A DNA stretch of 64,000 bases from the human T2T-CHM13v2.0 reference genome, Homo sapiens. The notes under the pieces were generated by a model. The model made no database searches and was not told the origin of the DNA. It saw nothing but the letters and a program-made list of their open reading frames with translations. Both the position numbers and the translations under genes were made by a program. Positions 55,385 to 64,000 of the stretch are shown piece after piece. The stretch is from assembly GCF_009914755.1 (NCBI RefSeq), contig NC_060931.1. One strand, given 5' to 3'. How positions within the stretch are numbered: the stretch's first letter is position 1; each line of letters opens with the position of its first letter.

Positions 55385-56346
55385 CTGCAGAAAGAGGGAA
55401 AAAGGCCAAGACATCAACAAGGGAATTTTCACTGAGCAACAAGAGGAATGTGATTTGAATGATGCAAACTCTTTGTACAGGGCCCAGAGGACTATCTTGG
55501 CCAGGACACGGTGGCATTTGGTTAGGTCCAGAAATAGGCTACAGGGCTAAGTTCTGGGCTCAGAGCTGCTCTCAAGGACTAAAACTCTAAACATTTTGTG
55601 ATTTTATTCCTCTTCTCCTTCTCTCCCCTCAAAGAATCTTCACGTACATGCCCAAAGTCAGAAAGAAAGGCCTAGAAGAAGTATGGAACATAAGTACATT
55701 TTGGGCATTTAGAATGCACAATGTTCCACCTATAATCTGCCCTTGGAACTTAACTTTGCTGTTCCTTATATACTTGAGGTCCATTACTAAACAGTGAGAT
55801 AAGCCAGCCGAAAACAGTTATGTTGCCATAGAAGGCTGGTGTCGAAGGCTAAAGGACATTACTAGTACAGGCTGTGAAGCTATGGAGGAGGTGAGCTGAT
55901 AAATGCTGTGTGACCTAGAAGAATTTTTTTAAAAATTTAAAGCTAATTTTTTTGTCTTTCTGACACTAAAGGAAAGTATTGGGTGCACATTTTAAATCCA
56001 TGAATAATCCAAAAGAGTAATTTTAGTCATAATGAAAACCTCTTATTAGAAATGATGACAAGAAGCAAAGGTATTTTGAGTTCTTCCTCCCCCTTTGCCT
56101 TGCCAATCCTCTATTGAAAAAGACTAAAGGCAACCAGGCAGAAAAGATAATGGGACAGTTAATCCACAAAAACGAGTGAAGGTTTACTAATAGAGAGCCA
56201 CATTTATTAAAGTGGAATGATCATATAACACTGTTAAAGAGAACATTTGGGTTTTTAATTTGAAACATGCTTCCAGGCATACTATTGCTTGATCAATGAT
56301 TATGGCACAGGGCCAGGTACTTAGAAGTGTGGGTTACATCTCCCTA

Positions 56347-56835
<489 letters not shown>

Positions 56836-57484
56836 ACAAAACAACACATAATGAGTAGAAACTAGAAACTAAGCACCTGACAAGAACACCACAGAAAGGG
56901 ATACAGCAAACATCAATTACGCTATGGAAGCCAAGCCCTACGACGTTTCAGCTCAGCTAGCTACAAATGGATCACTGGGCCTCACAATATTTAGTATAGC
57001 TGTGCAAAAGGCCACATGTGTATTTCAGGCAGTCAGCAGTAAAGAATTTATTTTCTGGGAGTTGATTAGTCCCAAAGTAGACCCAAACTGAGGAAAATTA
57101 TCTGTAACCAGGCAAATGTCTAGTATTGTAAAGTAAGCTAGTGAAATAGTAGAGTACTTACTCAAGAGGACTTAAGAAATAACAGCAATATTAGATAACA
57201 TTATACTCGACTATAGAACAAATGGAGTAATTCTCCATCACCCACACACATTCTCTCTCAAACATCTACTCTACTTCACAGACGACCTTAATACCTCATC
57301 CTAGTCTTTCATGTTATCAGTCTAGGATAGAGGCTGACACAGACAGCAAGCAACAAATATCAGATACGTTATTATCCCCTTTTCCTCACCTATGAAGTAG
57401 AGATCATAATTCTGCCTACCTCAAAGGGCTGATGTAATGATTAAGATAATGCATGTAAAGTTCAGTGCCTAACACAAAGTGCTA

Positions 57485-57703
<219 letters not shown>

Positions 57704-57815
57704 TCAGTGAGATCCCAAACTCCCACAGATAAACCAAAGACAACATTGCAAATGGCAACAGCCTGACACAGAGTGGAAGGGATAGGTGGCATCCATTTAT
57801 TAAGTACAGCCATGT

Positions 57816-58500
<685 letters not shown>

Positions 58501-58651
58501 CTATGACACAGGCACTATGTTAGGTACCAAATAATCAAGACAAAGATACCACTGCTCTTAATGAAATTTTATTATTACTTCCTTCATCTGTTCTAATTCT
58601 TCTTAGAACTTTAGTCTCATGATCTCTCTTAATAAGAAATATCCATGTGAA

Positions 58652-58955
58652 GGCTGGGTGTGGTGGCTTACACTTGTAATCCCAGCTCTTTAGGAGACCA
58701 AGGCAGGAAGATCGCTTAAGCCCAAGAGTTAGAGCCTAAGCAACATGACAAAACCCTGTCTCTACGAAAGAAAAAAAAAAATTGGCTGGGTGTGGTGGTG
58801 CATGCCTATAGTCCCAGCTACCGAGAAAGCTGAGGTGGGAGGATGACCTGACCTCGGGAGGTCAAGGCTGCAGTAAGCCATGATCACTGCACTACAGCCA
58901 GGGTGACAGAGCGAGACCTTGTCTCAAAAAAAAGAAAGAAAAGAAAAGAAAAGAA
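58652..58955 (+). mobile_element. Alu (AluJ-like)
   Basis: TSD aagaaatatcca. Confidence 0.88.
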
Positions 58956-59297
58956 ATATCCACATGAAATGGTAGAGAAATTCCAGCCTAACACTTAATT
59001 CAGCATCACTTATGAAGTACCTATTAGAGGACTAAAAAATAAAGCAGGAACCACTTAACCCTGAACTTAATTACAGATCTCACTGTCACACAGTCACTTG
59101 GGAGGCATCAGATATGGGCAGATCTGCTTCTCAGAGTAAAAGTCTCTGTCCTCTACTATATGAATATAGCAGGGAACCAGAAAGCCAGGAGCTCAATTCT
59201 TGGCTCATACTCTAGAATCTCCATAAGGCATGCCTTTCCTTGATTAGATGCAGGACCAATTAACCCATCTCTATTTCTGCTATTGACAAAAAAACAA

Positions 59298-59593
<296 letters not shown>

Positions 59594-60739
59594 AATAAAA
59601 AACAACTTTTATAAGCAAAGAAAGTAAGTTTACCTTTCAGTAGATTCCAAAAAAGAAATACAAGTTTCATAATTTTGTTTAGTATTCCTTTAAATTTTAA
59701 ATATTCTCTCAGATGCTGCCATATTTCCTAGAGCTAGTGGGGGCATTGATCTTCTGCCTCCTATAAAAATGAATGGCACAGACTAACTGAAAGGACACAT
59801 GCGCCAGGCCAACACAAAGGTCACCATCTAGAAGCTTCTGTGTCCCCTCCTGCCTCCTATCTTCCACTCACATCTTTATTATAGCACTACTCAGGTGACA
59901 TCTTCCCAAACAGAATGAATACCTCAGGAAAAATGACCACAATTCTTATCTGTTTCTATATCCCTAGCACCTACTATAGTGTACAGCATTAACAGATACT
60001 CAATAGAAAGAAACAAATAAGGAAATATGGGGAAAATGTTTCTAATAGGCAGATTCAAATGAATCTAATTAGATTGAATATGAAGAAAATGGGTGCTTCT
60101 CTCTGAATGGGTAAGAATTTTATCATTGGAGTTTCCAGAGTCAGTACTGGGTTCAGTCTTAACATTTCCCTAAAAGACTGCAGTTAATACTTAGCTCTTC
60201 CAGGTAGTGAAATGGCATGCTGAGAGGGATAAACTACAGGAGCAGCACGAGGCTGCATGAGTAGGCAAAAAAGGTATCAGAAAAATTTAATGAGCTAGGG
60301 AAGGACAATACATTTTTTTTAAATGATTAAAACTATGCTTATTAAGATCATGAACTCTGTTAACATTAATAGACCGCAAGGGATATCTAGTCAGTCAATT
60401 GTAGGCTTCATTCTAAAAGTATTAACCCAATATACTACTGCACTAAAAAAGAGACAAAAGATACTACCACCAAAGTAAAGCAATATCATACCACTAACTT
60501 GGAACATTCTATGCAATTCAAATTGTCTAAAAACATTTTAGAAATGGAAAAGATCCAAGTAGTATAACTAAACATGAGAGCTGCAGGTACCTTAAGTGAT
60601 TACTCAAACCCACTCATTTTACAGATGAAAACCTGAAGCCAACGGTAGTTAAATGATTTGCCAAAAATCACCCAGTCTATCTGTAGCATAGCTGGGATTA
60701 GATCTCTAACTCTGTTCCACAGTGCTGCCTTATTCACAT

Positions 60740-61208
<469 letters not shown>

Positions 61209-61398
61209 TAGCTGAGTAAAAATCAAAAGTGATTAGGTTCTATCAATGTGAAAGATAAAAAGGCTTAGAATGGAGGTAGGTTCTTAAGCTGTGGATAGGC
61301 TCAAGAGAGCCCACACAGCCTCCGAAGCAGCATTTTTCTAAGGAGAGGATTCACAGCTTTTGCTAGATCTCAAACGAATCATGAATCACAATAAATTA

Positions 61399-61697
<299 letters not shown>

Positions 61698-62054
61698 AAC
61701 TTAGTGCTTTAGGAGAATGACTGCAATAGGTGAAATCAAAGATTATGAATGGGTTGGAAAGATGTTTACCTAACAACAGTATACTAGAACGAAGAATGGT
61801 CAATGCTTAAAACTCAAAAGAAATAGCTTTTGGAAAAAAAAAGAAATCTAAGGCAGCACTCCTGCAACATAGAGTTTTCCTTCTAACGGCTGACACTGCA
61901 ACAGAGTTTTTCTGTCAGCTTCTACCTCTAACAAAAGCAACAGGAAAAAAAAAGATCCTGGTAATTTCAAGCAATGTGGAATGATTAGTACCTATGAGAT
62001 ACTATCACATTTGAAATGCAAAGAGCAAAAATGGAATTCATTACCCTAAAGTAA

Positions 62055-62500
<446 letters not shown>

Positions 62501-62575
62501 TGAACCCCTCAAAATGGCACACATTATGCTCTCGTAACCTAGTCAGTGCCCACGGCAGTGGTCTCAACCCTTTTA

Positions 62576-62764
<189 letters not shown>

Positions 62765-64000
62765 CTATGTTCCAGGACAATGTAAGTGAGTTAGATATCA
62801 ACTCTCCCTTGTTCAGAAATAGCACTAATACATAGGGATGGCCCCCAGTGACCCTTGGCCCCAACTGACTTTCCTTTGTCAATGAGGTTCTCTTTCTCAG
62901 GAATCTGAAAACGTAAACAGACACATACAAAGACCAGAAACTGCAGGTAAAGATTCATTTCTAAACAGCGGTGCCCCCCACTAGGGAAACTTCTGGGGTG
63001 CTGGAAATTTCTACATCTTGATCTGGGTGGTGGCTACATGGATGTATACATATAAAATTTTAACTGAGCTATATGCTTAGATTAATGTACTTTACAGAAT
63101 CTATGTTATACCTTAAAAAAAAAAAAAAAAAGTGGTGTCCCCAGAGAAAAGACCCACAGCCTCCATCACCTAGGGCCCCAGAACTGCCCAGATTTTCACC
63201 CTCTTCCTGAGGCTTGCTCTTTGACAACTTTGATTCTGAAACCCTCTTTTTCCACTTAAATTGACCAAAATTCATTTCTCTTACTACAAACTAGAAGACT
63301 CACAGCAGACTAGTGAGAAAAGTCAAATTATCTCTCTTAATTAGCCATTTTTTCCTCTGTGTTGCTATTAAATCCAGGTTTCAATTAAAATCTTACTAAA
63401 GTCAGAAAAATCCCTCAAAATAGTAACACAAAAGCAAATACAGTAAAATTTACTAAGTTCAAAAAAAGACAACTACTTACTTCTCTCGATGGGATTAAAA
63501 AAATGTTGGAAGGAAATTTTGTTGTCCTAAAATTTCAACACAGTATAAAGATTCCTCATTTCCCCAACTATGTAAATCCTTCCAGGGGTAAGCAAAACAG
63601 TCCCTAATAAGTATCTGTAATTTTACTTCTCTTATATGCACTGAATAGCCCCATGAATGATTCTATTTCATGGATAACCCAGATAAAAAAGGTTTTCTGC
63701 AATAAAACATATCCTAGCTACATTATTTCTTTTAATTTGCCTTATCTAAGATAGACATAGTTTTCTCTCTTCCACCCCTTTATTTCCCTAAGTTCTTTAT
63801 TAAAAGGTGTATAAGGAATGGTATCCTTAGTACTGAGGTCACAGGCTTCTTCTTCACTGTGACATTTCTTCCTTCCTGTTAGACAGATCCTCCGCAAATA
63901 CAAAATCATTTATATGGCAGTTCCAAATAATACAATTTTTAAAACACATGGAAAGACATGCAGTTAGGTGAGAAAATGGGCTTCAGTATAGCATGTATAA

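Noticed and set aside
63481-63526. Possible 46-nt cryptic exon (ttttAG ... GAA|GTAAGT) in RBM28 intron 9
   Set aside because: Good donor but very short pyrimidine tract and no other supporting structure; such pairs are common by chance.

Overview
Human (primate) genomic DNA, repeat-rich. The right third holds the last 10 coding exons of RBM28 (nucleolar RRM protein) on the minus strand: exons 10-19 by standard numbering, stop at 42592-42594. From recognition of the gene, this is chr7q32 just downstream of LEP; no LEP sequence is visible. The left part is intergenic or extended 3'UTR. It contains an orphan CpG island (~2.3-4.0 kb), two MER11 (HERV-K HML-8) solo LTRs, a full-length but frameshifted L1PA3 nested inside one of them, ~40 Alus, and older L1M/L2/MLT/MST/Tigger/MER53 fragments. 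Best candidates for undescribed biology: (1) a 67-bp near-perfect inverted repeat in RBM28 intron 13 that would loop out a cryptic, NMD-inducing exon with a strong 3' splice site; (2) an L1 ORF0 that reads through into the MER11 LTR as a 238-aa fusion ORF, in a gene-breaking arrangement with the RBM28 3' end; (3) an 88-aa ORF whose ATG overlaps the RBM28 stop (TGATG); (4) two independent MER11 LTRs with essentially the same 6-bp target site. Repeat family calls are by eye against remembered consensus sequences; boundaries of old repeats are approximate.
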